Below, in pieces: positions 1 to 12,171 of a stretch of DNA of 64,000 bases (position 1 is the stretch's first letter; each line of letters begins with the position of its first letter). The translations under genes were made by a program, and so were the position numbers. The stretch comes from Piromyces finnis finn. Its lineage: Eukaryota > Fungi > Neocallimastigomycota. The notes beneath the pieces were generated by a model, which saw nothing but the letters and a program-made list of their open reading frames with translations, made no database searches and was not told the origin of the DNA. The stretch covers positions 434,001 through 498,000 of the forward strand of contig MCFH01000029.1 of the NCBI GenBank assembly GCA_002104945.1, read 5' to 3'.

Positions 1-290
1 ATTTTTTATTGTTAGAATATATGAATGTATGTTATTTAGTAAATTATAATAGATGGATTTATTTTTATAATAATCAGATATTTTAAAATTTTCATAAATA
101 AAATATTTTATTTGGACAATTATTATTATCAATATTATTTTGTATTTCACAACTTTGTGAAGTAATAAATAAACACAAATATAAATTTATTGAATCATTA
201 TTTAAGAAAATGAATCCATCTTTTGTAAAATCAAAAAAAAAAAAAAAAAAAAAAATTATTGATGTAATTTAAATTATATTATTTTATTAC

Positions 291-645
291 CTGAAAGATC
301 ACCAATAACACCACCACCTAAAGCTAAAATACAAGTATCTCGAGTACATTTATTTAAAAGTAAGTAATCTTCAATTTCAGCCTTAGTGTCTCTACATTTT
401 TGAAGTTCACCTGCTGGTATTGTGTATGATAAAACTCTCCTTCCTAATGCATTTGCTTCCTTAGTTAAAAGATTTTCTAATTTTTCCAAATGGTGCATAG
501 CAACATTTTCATCAGTAATAATACAATAAGTTGATGCTTTAATAGAAGAAACTACATCTTTTGCTATGTATGCAGTTATATTATTTCCAACAATAATGGA
601 TTCCTTTCCTAAGATTGGGATTTTGATAATATTACTTTCTGCCAT
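291..645 (-). CDS. ARO1: Pentafunctional AROM polypeptide, first exon (3-dehydroquinate synthase N-terminus); gene continues off the window's left edge
   Basis: MAESNIIKIPILGKESIIVG...IPAGELQKCRDTKAEIEDYLL..CTRDTCILALGGGVIGDL is the DHQ synthase start of fungal AROM. The ORF runs into a GTAATA donor at 290 followed by a poly-T-rich intron. Confidence 0.93.
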
Positions 646-1368
646 TTTTAAATTATTATTTTGTTTTTGTTAAAATAATAAATAAAAATTCTCTAAAGAT
701 AATATGACTTTAAAGTTAGTTTTAAATTTATATTTCTTTAATTAAAATAAAAAAAGGTTTTAATATATTAATATAAAATTATAAATTTATATTTAATATT
801 ATTGCCTTTTTTTCCTTTAATTTCAATTTTTGAATTAATAGAAAAGTGATATTTAATAATTCATCAATTAATCTCTATATATTATATTAATTATGTACTT
901 TTTAAATAGTTTTATTATATCATGTGATTCTTATATCATTAAATTATATATTAAAATATTTTTTTTCAATTAAATCAATTAAAATTGATCAATAAAAAAA
1001 AGAATAAATATGTATCATTTTAAAAAAAATCAAGCCACACATAATGTAATTGAAGTGTAAATAATTTAAATATATATATCAATAATATTACTAATATTTA
1101 CTTTTATCATTTGTTGGTATATTTTTTATTAATGTTCTTTTATATATATATATTTTTCTAATGTATTTTGGTTTTATATATATATGTTTTTATTTTTAAT
1201 TTTTACTTATTAAAATTATAATTAAATATTTCTTATAGAGTTATAATATATTTTATTCAGAGGTTTTGACATTCATTTAAATTCTAGAAAATTATATTTT
1301 TATAATATATCCTTTTTTTTTTTTTGTATTAATTCCGTATAATATTCTTTTGTATTTGACTCAATAAT

Positions 1369-1660
1369 TTATTTAAAATTTAACAATGAGTTTATTTTAT
1401 AATAAATCAAATTATAATTTAAATTAATAAATAAAAGAATATTGTCCAATTCTGTAAGCTTTCTGATCTTCGAATAAAGTAACTTTGTTTTCTCTTTGAC
1501 TGAACATGGTAGTCCTTCTATAAAAAAGTAAATTTTAGCTTCATCATTGAATGAGGAGTCCTTGGCCATCTTCTCAATAGCTTCGCAATAGTCTATAACG
1601 TTCCAATTAATTAAAAGATTTTGGTTTTAGAGAAGAGAAAAAATTATTAGAAAGGATTAA
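1369..1660 (-). mobile_element. Degenerate Ty3/gypsy-type retrotransposon gag fragment
   Basis: Reading upstream of the listed ATG gives NWNVIDYCEAIEKMAKDSSFNDEAKIYFFIEGLPCSVKEK, fitting the Retrotrans_gag pattern (V.DY...F..LA....ND......F..GL...IK). An upstream SLK/Q is recoverable with a 1-nt frameshift. No pol or LTR seen. Confidence 0.6.
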
Positions 1661-4138
1661 TATTATAGAGATAACGATAATATAAAAGCAAACTATTCAG
1701 TTTATATGAAATATATAAAACATATAATATTAATAATTTATAATATTTACTTTATTAATATAATAAAGAAATAAATATATAAATAGAAATTAATGGATCA
1801 TCCATATATTTATATTTTTTAAAGAAAAAAAAGTAACTTAATAATTTGCATTCATATTTCTAATATAGAAAAATATCAAAAGCATTTATCAAATATGTAG
1901 TAAAAATAGATGAATTTATTTTACTGAAAAAATTAATAACAAATTAATATTATAATTTATCATAAGGAATTTAGTCTTGTTTTATAAAAAACTTTTTTAT
2001 AATGAAATTAAAGTATATTAAGTTTTAAATTATTATTTATTATTCATCTAAAAGTAATATAAAAAAAATCAAATAAAAGGTAATTTATAACAATAATGTT
2101 ATTATTATTGTTCGATGTATTATATGAAATATAAATTTTAAATTATTATTCTTCTGTACTTCATTGAAAAAATTTCCATTTTTGTTGTGACACCATTTAT
2201 AAAATAATATATTAAAATTAACTATAAAAAGTTTATTCTACCAAGGCACTAAATAGGTAATAATAATTTTTTTAAAAATCATTTTTAATTATAATTTAAA
2301 TATTAAAATATGTATAAACATGTTTTATTATATATATAAATACACTATTCTTTAATATAAACGAACATTATATATAGTATACATTATTTAAGATGTTTAA
2401 AATAAATATTTTTATTTATTGATATAATTTTCCATTGAAATATTATTTTAATAATTTATGTCTTTTTTTTTTTTTTTAGTTATAAATAATATATATTATA
2501 ATATATAATGAAAAAAAGAAAAAATCAATTATTAATTAATTATTAATTAAAATATTGGGAATAAAATTTACAATTACCAAAAAAGTTCATCCTTTTTGTT
2601 TTATTTTTTTAATAAATTAATATACAATTAATATATTGGAATATTAAGTTTTATATATTGAGATAATATTTGTAAATTGTTTGTCATACACTTTTTTTTT
2701 ATTACTTGAATAAACTCAAAAAATATATATTATAAATATATTAATAATATAATAATTAATTATATAAGAATAAACTTTATTATATATTTTCTCTTTATAA
2801 ATTCGATTTTTTATCTTAGATGTTTATTCTTAAAAACTTTTTTTTTACTTTTTTAAAAAGAATTTTAAATAGGGCAAAGAAAACAAATAAAAGTATTTGT
2901 TAAAAATTTAAGCAAAAAAAAAAAAAAACTTTTTAAAAAAAGAAAACAATTAGCTTTAAGTTTATGAAAAGTTAATTAAACATATATAAGTTTTTCTCTA
3001 TTTTATTTTAAATTAAATTGGTTTCTTTTTTTATCAAAAAAAAAAAAAAAAGTTTTATTTAGAACAATTCACTTGGTTATATACCGAAAATTATTTATCT
3101 TAAGTTATTCAATTTAATAATATTAAATCAATATATTTAAAATATTTTTTTTATTAAACTCTCAAAGCAATTATATATATATGTTTAAATATTTTTATTA
3201 ATTATATTGTTTAAAATAAAACAGAAATAGTTCCAAAGAAAAATATAATATATAATAAATAGGTTTATTCAAGTTTAATTTAAAACCATTAATGTCTTCA
3301 AACTTTTATATATATTTTTTATAAATTTCAGTATATATAATAGAAAATTAGTATTTAATTATTTTATAGTGATATGTTCTTCTGATAGAATAAGTATTTA
3401 AAATAAATTTAAATTTAAAATTTTATTTAGTACCTCTAAGTGTATAATTAGACAATTCTATAGTAGAAAATATAATTTTGTAAGTTAAAGGGTATTATTA
3501 AATATTTATTATTTTAATTAGTTTAATTAAAAATATTATATATTATTTTTCAGTATTTTTTTCTTTTTTTTAAATTTCAAATTTTTCCATAAAAAAAAAA
3601 AGTATTTAAAAATATTTAAAAAATCATTTATAAAAATATAAAAATCAATAAAACAATTTATATATTTTGGTATATTGATTAAAAACAAAAATAGTAATAA
3701 TCTTTTTAAAGAAATTACACTTGAACATTATAAATTACTAAATAAAACTTTTTTGATATATTGATTTTATTATATATTTATTATAGTAAAAATCAAATAC
3801 AACTGCAGTAAATTTATATAAAAAGTAAAAAAAAAAAAAAAAATAAAAATAAAAATAAAACTAAAAAATAATATGAATTATAATAAAATACAATAATTAA
3901 AATGATTAACAAAAAAAAAATACAAAGTAAAAAATAAACTACTTATATACTAAATTATAATAATAAGAAAAAAAAAAAACAGTATTAAAATTATAGAGTA
4001 TTTAAGTTTTAGTAATATCTTATTAATATTAAATAATACGCATTTTTTTTTTATTCATTTAGAATAATTCAATACGCATAAAAGTTTGAAATATTTATAT
4101 TGATATATATATTATTCAATATATAAACGATATATTAA

Positions 4139-7100
4139 TTGAAGATGTTTAAAAGAATAAGGTCTATATTAAAATTTAATAAAAATGATAAGGAAATGGT
4201 AAATATAAAGGAAAATGATTCTCGGAATATATCAGATAGTACAATTTCTAAAGTAAATACTGTTTCAAATACATATGATGATATAAATGAAGATGATTTT
4301 CAGCAATATACTAATGATAAATCAGTAAGAAAGAGTTTTAGTCGAAGAATCCTTAGTTCACTTTCAAAAAAATCTTTTAATAAAAAACATTCATTAAAAA
4401 GAGGAAAAAAAAAATTTGTTGGTTTATTTAAAATTAAGAGAAACAATAAGGATAGAAATAACAAAAAGAATGATTCTTACTTGGAAGATATTGATTATAG
4501 CAACTCAAGTAATCAATGGTTATCTGATAGTAGTCTTAATAATTTAAGTTCTAATGAATCAAGTGATTATACAACAAATACTCATTTACAGGATAATTCC
4601 CAATATCAATTTATAATGAATAAAATTCAAAATAAAAATGCACCCAAAATAAATAAAGAATCATCACTAGTACAATCCTCGAATTCTAATTATAAATTAG
4701 AATCAATTAATTCAATATCCTCACCATCAATGAAATCAAAGTTTGAACATTTAAATAAAAATAAACAAATATCATCAGCGTTTAGTGAAAATGAAATTAA
4801 GTATATCAAAAATCAAAATGAATCAGGAAATGAAACGTCGAATAGCAATAATACAATATTAGAAACGTCTCCTGTTCCGTCAGTAATTCACCGAAACAAT
4901 ATTACACCTCCAGAGACACCTAAAAGTACAATAAGACCCAAAAAAGAAAGTTGTAGTAATATTATACCAAAATCAAAGTTTTCTGACAATAAATTTTCTG
5001 AAACTGAAATTATTTATTATAATCAAGTTAAAGAAAATTCACATTTATCAGATAATCAAGATCAATTAAATAATAATGAAACTATCATAAGGAAAGCATC
5101 TATTGATTTAAATGAAAATACATCTTCAACACCAGAGTATAATATTTCAATTCCCGTTCAAAATCAACAAAAAAAAATAAAAAATAAAAAGTTAGTCTAT
5201 AGGGTTAAAAGTTTTTTTAAAAAGGCATTATCAATTCACTCAAAAAATAAGATTTTAGAATCAAATGTTGATTATAAAATGAAAAAGATAGATGTTTCTG
5301 GTAAAGAGTCTACAATAACATCTATACCAAATAAAAATAATAATTTAAATTCATCTTCTATATCAAATAAAAATTTAACAACATCACCTGAAAGTATAGA
5401 TTCATATGAGAATGATGGTTTAAAAGGACATGAAACTAATGAATTAAATAATGTAAATAATTGGAATTCAGCTTTAGGACAATATATATCTAAAATAAAA
5501 AAAAGAGATAAGATAAAGAAAAATATGGCTAAAAAGTCAAACACTAGTCTTTCAAATGTAATTTCATTATGCTCAAAATCTAATGAATCTTCTTCAACTT
5601 CGTCTTCAACCTCAACAATATCAACACTTACAAAAGATAATATGACATTAGCTGCTACTATAGACTCAAATACACTAAATGCAAAAAACAAAAATGAAAA
5701 TAAAAATAATGGCAAAAGATATGCATATATCTTTAATAACCAAGAAGTTCTTCAAGAATTTAAAAGGGTTAAAAATGAAGAAAATATAAAAGATAATAAT
5801 TCAAAATTAAATGAAAATCAAAATTCGACATCTTTAAATAACAGTTGGAGTACTGTTAGTGAGAGTTATTTAGATGAAACAAGTGGTATTAGAATGAAAT
5901 TGGATAAATCAGAGTATATTGAATTAAATAATACTGAAGAAAATGTGGAAAGTACACCAAATTCACCAAAAACTGAAGTAGAAACATGGAATGATGAAGA
6001 ATTAAATACTAATATATTAAATAATATTAAAACTGAGCTTATTGAACTTAATAACGAAAAAGAAGACACGGAAGATGATAATTCAGAAGACTGGGATACT
6101 GTAAGTGAGTCTGATTCAAACTCTAATGATTATTCAAATAGTAGTCAGGATATAGACAATAAAAAAAGCAATGAATCATTAAGTCAATGCTCTACAGTCA
6201 AATTAGTGAATAGTAAAATCAATGATTCTATAATGAAAATTGCCTCCTCATTTACATCAGAATTATCCAAAGATGAAAATAGCAGTCAATCCATTGACAT
6301 TAAAAAAATCAATGAAAATTCTATTGATACTTCTTTAACAACAAGTATATATAAAAGTAGTCCGTTTATTGAAGAATATATGAACTCAACAACTTCATCT
6401 CAATTTGATAATGAAATAGCTAAGAAGAAGATTTTAGAAACAATAAGTGAAAATTCAAATAAAAATGAAAGTGAAATTGATTTCAAAAATGGCACTAATA
6501 ATGGTAAAGCATTTCTTTCATTCCAAACAGAGAAAAATAGTATAATAGCAAATAAGAACGGTAATATTACTTCATATGATAACCAAAAAATAGATGAAGA
6601 AATAAAAATAAAGTTATTAACTGAGGCGGTGCATTCATATAAAGATTCTATTAATAATGAACAACTTGATTCTTCATTAAATAACAAAGAAATATCATCA
6701 TACATCAAATCATTTAGTAATGAAACTAAAGATCATACCATATCCCAAAATAATGTAAATGAAACATTTCAATCAAGAAATAACACTTCCCTTATAATAG
6801 ATTCAAAATTACCATTTTCCAATGTAAGTTCTTTAGAAGATGATAGCATTGAATTAGACGATATTGATAGTTCATCAATATGTGTAGTAATTGATGAACC
6901 TCAATCATTAATATTTTCAAATAACTCTAATATTTCAAAGTCAGATATTGATTCTTCTGAAAGTAATATTTCTAATAAAGGATTAAATAGTCATAATATA
7001 AACAATTCATCACATTTAAGTAATACGGATTCTAATAATAGTTGTTGTAGTAAAGAATATCTTAGTATTAATTATTCTTCAAAGATACCTTCTTTAATTA

Positions 7101-10100
7101 ATAAAACATCATTATCTTTAGGAGTTACTTCAACTATGATTTCTTCATCAACAATGACAACAACAAGTAATATTTCTTCTCATTTAAGTAATATACCAGA
7201 TTTAGTAACAGATGTTAGTGGTTATGCTTCTTCAAATATACCATTTCGTAATTCATTTTCAATTCCAACTACAATATCTACCTCTAGTAGTGATGTGTAC
7301 AGTCCTCTTCTTTCGTCAGAAATTCCAAGGATGCCAAGTAATGTTAGTATAGGAATTATTGGTGGAGACAGCGATAACCAACATCAGCTTATCACCACAT
7401 ATTTAAGTAAACCATATGATATCAGCAATTTTAATTTATCTAAAAATATGAGTGATAATGTTTATAATTATTCGCTTAATGAGATAGATATTAATCAAAG
7501 TTCAATTCCTAATACCGGATTAATTCAAAAAATAGAGTTTTCTCCTATTGATGATTCATCTACTAGTAATGCTGGATCATCTTCATTAAATCCACCAAAA
7601 TTAAATTATGATTCACCTACTGTATTAAATAAAAGAGAGTCGCCGTTACAACCAAGGGATGAAATTTATAATATAAATTCATTATCAAGTGAAATTGAAA
7701 ATGAAAGTAATACGGGAATATCTTATTATGATTATTCTTACATAACCAATGAATCATCCAGCTTTTATTATAATGAAAGTATTTATAATGTAAATAATAA
7801 AAAAAAGAATGAATATGAACAAATACAGAAATTTAAAGAAAAACAAACAAAAAGTGTTTATAGTAGAAGTAGTTTATTAGTTATTAATGATCCGAAAGAA
7901 GAGTATAATAACCTTTCTAATTTCTATTCTAAAAAAGAAATTGAAGAAATAGAAAGTAAAGATGATAATTATTTAAGCATTTCTAAAGAATTCACGATTA
8001 ATAATGATCAACTAACTGATGAAAATACCTCTTATATTATTGACGATGTAAAACCAACGTTTAATATTGATACAGAATATAATATTTCAAATATTAAAGA
8101 TGAAGATTCTAACTATTTAATTAAATCCAAGAGCTATTCTTACAAAGAATATGGTGAGGATACAAGAAGAAATATGATATATGAATTTTGTAAAATGCTA
8201 AGCAAAAAATATGATAAAGAAAATATGATTGGTGATATTTCTTCTAATTTTGATGAAGATAATAGTATAACGCTAAATCCTCGTCAAGATAGCAATAATA
8301 GTATAGCTATTAGTTTACATCAAGATAGCAACAATAGTATAATCATTAATCCTCGTCAAGATAGTAATAATATATTTATTGATTTTAGTTTTGGACGAAC
8401 TAATCAAGAGTTATTAAATAGTAATGATTTTTTTAATAACAATTATTTAAACGATAGTAAAATACTTACCAGTAATAATATAAATCTTCCATTAATTAGT
8501 TTGCCACCACCACTTTCACCAAAAGATTCAAATACAAAATTAGAAAATATGTCAATATCAACTCAACTTTCATTGAAGAATAAAGATATAATTAATAGAG
8601 AAAACTATATAGAATATAATAAATCTTTTGATGAAGATCAAAATATTTCTAATAATTTAAATTCTTATTACTATGGATGTAATTCTTCATCACACAAATC
8701 ACCTATTCAAAAGGAAAAATATATTAAATATCAAAATGATGAAGAAAGTTATAGTTCATGTAGCAGTTGCAATACATGTAGTTGTAGCAGTTGTCAAAAT
8801 GATTCCAAGGAATATGCCAAAACTGAAAGAAAGAATCAGAGTGGAATTATAGAAAGAAGTTTAAATAATATAGAAGAATATAATAAATCAAAAAATGAGA
8901 TTATTATTGATCAAGATATAATAAGTGAAGTTTTTACTGAAAAATCTAAAAATGTTATTTCTTCTTCAGATAGTTATTATAGTATATCACATAGTTCTTT
9001 TGACGATATCGGTTTTGACTTTTTCTATAATGAATATAACAATTCTAATAATGAAAATAACAGCAACGTAGTAAAAGCAAGTGAAAAACTAGAATTTTAT
9101 TATTTAGATGCAGCTGACATCTATGGTATTAATAGTGATCTTAGAAATAACAGTGATATTCAAGTCATACCTAGTTCATCTTTTAAAAATCCAGATTTTA
9201 TGTTAGGTTCTGTTAATACTATCCATGCATATATAGAATATAATGAGTTAAAATTTAAAAACTCTTATATAAATGAAAATAATCATTATAAAATACCAGA
9301 TATAGTGGATGTTGTTTTAAAAGTTATAAAACCTGAAATCGATAAACAAATGTTAAAAAAAAATATAAAGCAAATTAACGAATGGGCTTGTCTTCAACGA
9401 TTTAACCCTATATATGGTGTTTCAACTTATTTTAATGAAGAGGTTTTAGTAACACAATTTTATAAAAATGGTTCATTAGGTCAATATCTTACCACTAATT
9501 CTTCGATAAGCTTTGAGGAAAAAGAGGAAATTGTTGTTGATATTGTAGAAGGTTTAAATATTTGTCATAGTCACGACTTAATTCATGGTAATTTAAAGCC
9601 ATCAAATATTTTATTAGATGAATACTATCATGCATTATTAAGTGATTTTAGTATGAGTCGTATATCTTCCTCTCTACCAAAGAGTATTAAACAACAATGG
9701 CTAGCACCTGAACTTAAAGAACGTTGTTCACCATTAACAACAGCAAGTGATATCTACAGTTTAGGTTTAATTATTTATTATATCTTTAATGATGGTGTTC
9801 GTTATATCCCTAATGTTTCATCAAAACCAAACTTTTCGGACAAGAATTGGCCTAAAAATATTATAACTATATTAGAACATTGTTTACTAGAAAATCCAAA
9901 TGATCGTTGGACCATAAAAGAAATTTTAAATCATTTAAAGATGCATTATCAATTTGGTAGTATAGTTGATAAATATTTGAATCGTAAATCTACAAATAAG
10001 ATTTTATCTGAAGCTAATTTAAGAAATAAAGGCTGTTTTAGTCAAGAAAATGATTTAAATTATTATAATAAATATCCAAAACTTGAAAGATTTAAAAGAT

Positions 10101-11410
10101 TTAGTAGATATAATCAATATTATCAATATGATAATAACTCTAGCAATAATAGAGATCTTCAATTTGCATTAAGAGCATTAAAGAATTCATTGTATTTCTC
10201 TGATTGGAACTATACTCAAGCAATGAAACTTATGACTGGATCAAAAGAAGTTCCATGTAATATATCAAAAGCTATACAGAGATTGATTATTCCATGTTCA
10301 GAAGGTCATATTGATTCTTTATTGAGATTAGGTCTTTGTTACTTTGACGGCCAAGGTGTTGCTAAAAACAAAGCTAAAGCATATAGCTTATGGAATATTG
10401 CAGTTGAAGTTTTCCCAAAACGTCACGCATTAGGAGGAAAGTATCAACCAATGAATAAAAATTTTATGACTAAAACAAGTTTTTCAAGTCCTTCATCGAA
10501 TTATATAAGAGCCGGTGTTGGATCTTTGAATAATGGATCAATCATGTCATCTCCACGTACTCTAGTTCAATCTTATATTTCACCACGCATTAAAAATTCT
10601 ACACCTAGAATGAATATTAATTCACCAATTGCCTCTAAATCAATTTATATACATAATAATGGTAGTAATTATTCATATGATTCTTTATTACAGAAAAAGC
10701 AAAATTTGTATGGATTAAGTAAATGTAATGAAAGAACATTAGATCTTTGGAAAGAGGTGGCTGAAAGAGAATTTATTCCAGCTTATATTATATTAGGAAA
10801 ATGCTATCGTGATGGTATTTTAGTAGAGAGTGATATTGCCAATGCATTAATTTGGTTTAAGCGTGCTGCTCATATGAATGATATAAATGGTTGCTGGTAT
10901 CTAGCACATTGCTATTTTATTTATTATGATAATTATCAAGATGCATTCACATGGCTTTTAAAAGCTTCTCGAAAGAAGCATCCTGAAGCCGATACAGCAC
11001 TTGGTTTATTATATTATTATGGTCTTGGTATACCAAGAAATATAAATGAAGCTTTGAGCCATTTCCAATATGCTGCTGATCTTGGTAATGCTAATGCACA
11101 ATATTTGTACTGTGAATGCTTAGATTATGTATTTAAAGAAAAAAAGTTCGTTATGCCCAAATCTATTACAGATGAAGAAAAATCAATTCATTATGATAAA
11201 CTTTTCCATTACTGTTCAATGGCAGCTACTCAAGGAAATTCAAGGGCACAATTTCTTTTAGGAAAATTATATCTAGATGGATCCTTAGAATTTGTCAATA
11301 ATGATACTAGTACCTACAAGTTTAATTCTTCCATAGGTCTTCAATGGATAAGACTCTCTGCTGAAAACGGATATAAAAAAGCAAAAGAATTTTTAATAGA
11401 GATTTTATAA
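4139..11410 (+). CDS. 2423-aa intronless protein: ~1700-aa Ser/Asn-rich disordered region, TKL-like (pseudo)kinase domain (~9290-9940), C-terminal Sel1-like repeats (~10250-11400)
   Basis: Kinase motifs VVLK, YKNGSL, HGNLKPSNILLD, DFSMS, WLAPE, SDIYSLG, RWTIKEI. Sel1 motifs LGLCYFDGQGVAKNKAKA, LGKCYRDGILVESDIANALIWFKRAA, LGLLYYYGLGIPRNINEALSHFQYAADLGNANAQY, AQFLLGKLY. Confidence 0.88.
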   Translation: MKMFKRIRSILKFNKNDKEMVNIKENDSRNISDSTISKVNTVSNTYDDINEDDFQQYTNDKSVRKSFSRRILSSLSKKSFNKKHSLKRGKKKFVGLFKIKRNNKDRNNKKNDSYLEDIDYSNSSNQWLSDSSLNNLSSNESSDYTTNTHLQDNSQYQFIMNKIQNKNAPKINKESSLVQSSNSNYKLESINSISSPSMKSKFEHLNKNKQISSAFSENEIKYIKNQNESGNETSNSNNTILETSPVPSVIHRNNITPPETPKSTIRPKKESCSNIIPKSKFSDNKFSETEIIYYNQVKENSHLSDNQDQLNNNETIIRKASIDLNENTSSTPEYNISIPVQNQQKKIKNKKLVYRVKSFFKKALSIHSKNKILESNVDYKMKKIDVSGKESTITSIPNKNNNLNSSSISNKNLTTSPESIDSYENDGLKGHETNELNNVNNWNSALGQYISKIKKRDKIKKNMAKKSNTSLSNVISLCSKSNESSSTSSSTSTISTLTKDNMTLAATIDSNTLNAKNKNENKNNGKRYAYIFNNQEVLQEFKRVKNEENIKDNNSKLNENQNSTSLNNSWSTVSESYLDETSGIRMKLDKSEYIELNNTEENVESTPNSPKTEVETWNDEELNTNILNNIKTELIELNNEKEDTEDDNSEDWDTVSESDSNSNDYSNSSQDIDNKKSNESLSQCSTVKLVNSKINDSIMKIASSFTSELSKDENSSQSIDIKKINENSIDTSLTTSIYKSSPFIEEYMNSTTSSQFDNEIAKKKILETISENSNKNESEIDFKNGTNNGKAFLSFQTEKNSIIANKNGNITSYDNQKIDEEIKIKLLTEAVHSYKDSINNEQLDSSLNNKEISSYIKSFSNETKDHTISQNNVNETFQSRNNTSLIIDSKLPFSNVSSLEDDSIELDDIDSSSICVVIDEPQSLIFSNNSNISKSDIDSSESNISNKGLNSHNINNSSHLSNTDSNNSCCSKEYLSINYSSKIPSLINKTSLSLGVTSTMISSSTMTTTSNISSHLSNIPDLVTDVSGYASSNIPFRNSFSIPTTISTSSSDVYSPLLSSEIPRMPSNVSIGIIGGDSDNQHQLITTYLSKPYDISNFNLSKNMSDNVYNYSLNEIDINQSSIPNTGLIQKIEFSPIDDSSTSNAGSSSLNPPKLNYDSPTVLNKRESPLQPRDEIYNINSLSSEIENESNTGISYYDYSYITNESSSFYYNESIYNVNNKKKNEYEQIQKFKEKQTKSVYSRSSLLVINDPKEEYNNLSNFYSKKEIEEIESKDDNYLSISKEFTINNDQLTDENTSYIIDDVKPTFNIDTEYNISNIKDEDSNYLIKSKSYSYKEYGEDTRRNMIYEFCKMLSKKYDKENMIGDISSNFDEDNSITLNPRQDSNNSIAISLHQDSNNSIIINPRQDSNNIFIDFSFGRTNQELLNSNDFFNNNYLNDSKILTSNNINLPLISLPPPLSPKDSNTKLENMSISTQLSLKNKDIINRENYIEYNKSFDEDQNISNNLNSYYYGCNSSSHKSPIQKEKYIKYQNDEESYSSCSSCNTCSCSSCQNDSKEYAKTERKNQSGIIERSLNNIEEYNKSKNEIIIDQDIISEVFTEKSKNVISSSDSYYSISHSSFDDIGFDFFYNEYNNSNNENNSNVVKASEKLEFYYLDAADIYGINSDLRNNSDIQVIPSSSFKNPDFMLGSVNTIHAYIEYNELKFKNSYINENNHYKIPDIVDVVLKVIKPEIDKQMLKKNIKQINEWACLQRFNPIYGVSTYFNEEVLVTQFYKNGSLGQYLTTNSSISFEEKEEIVVDIVEGLNICHSHDLIHGNLKPSNILLDEYYHALLSDFSMSRISSSLPKSIKQQWLAPELKERCSPLTTASDIYSLGLIIYYIFNDGVRYIPNVSSKPNFSDKNWPKNIITILEHCLLENPNDRWTIKEILNHLKMHYQFGSIVDKYLNRKSTNKILSEANLRNKGCFSQENDLNYYNKYPKLERFKRFSRYNQYYQYDNNSSNNRDLQFALRALKNSLYFSDWNYTQAMKLMTGSKEVPCNISKAIQRLIIPCSEGHIDSLLRLGLCYFDGQGVAKNKAKAYSLWNIAVEVFPKRHALGGKYQPMNKNFMTKTSFSSPSSNYIRAGVGSLNNGSIMSSPRTLVQSYISPRIKNSTPRMNINSPIASKSIYIHNNGSNYSYDSLLQKKQNLYGLSKCNERTLDLWKEVAEREFIPAYIILGKCYRDGILVESDIANALIWFKRAAHMNDINGCWYLAHCYFIYYDNYQDAFTWLLKASRKKHPEADTALGLLYYYGLGIPRNINEALSHFQYAADLGNANAQYLYCECLDYVFKEKKFVMPKSITDEEKSIHYDKLFHYCSMAATQGNSRAQFLLGKLYLDGSLEFVNNDTSTYKFNSSIGLQWIRLSAENGYKKAKEFLIEIL
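8261..8372 (+). repeat. In-frame 36-nt (12-aa) tandem repeat x3 inside the giant ORF
   Basis: NSITLNPRQDSN / NSIAISLHQDSN / NSIIINPRQDSN; DNA unit ends ...cgtcaagatagcaat. Confidence 0.85.
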
Positions 11411-12171
11411 TAACAATATGAAACTTTAATCATAAATAGTAAAACAAAAAAAAATTATGATGAAAAAATGCCCTAAAAAATATTGTTAATCAATTGAAAT
11501 TCATTTAATATATCTAATCAAAAACTTTTAAATAAAAGAATTATTATAATATTAATACATATATATATATATAAATTTTTTTTTTTTAATTATAATATTT
11601 ATTATAATTTATTATAATTGATAAAATAAACAGTAAATTTCATATAAAAATTAAAACATCAAAAATCTTGATTTATTAATTTATATTTATTCATTTCTTT
11701 TGGTATCTTAATATAATTGAGGAGATTTATTTGATGTCATATTTTAGATAATTTAGAATAAATTATATGTTTTTTAAATAATATATATTTCAGTCTTTAC
11801 AACTTTTATATAATATTTTTTAACATGAACAGTTTTAATTTGACTATCCATCATAAATATTATTTAATTTTATTATATCTTGATATATAATTGTAAAATT
11901 GATTTTTGTGGTTAGAAATATAGTTATTATTTATGTAGATATATATTAAAAAAAAAAGAAGAAGAAAACTTGATATAAATAATTTATTTCTTATATGTTA
12001 AAAATATATTTACATATATTATGAAGGATTATATATATTGAAAAATAAAATATTTCAATATTTTAAACTACTATCTATCAAAAAGTATAAATAATATTTA
12101 TAAAAAAAAAGTATTTATTATAATTATAAATAAATAGTTTTATTGTTTTTTTTTTTTTTTTTTTTTTTTTT

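Noticed and set aside
5272-6708. Antisense ORFs 5272-5715, 5866-6069 and 6400-6708
   Set aside because: Shadow ORFs opposite the Ser/Asn-rich giant gene; hydrophobic low-complexity translations with no family signal.
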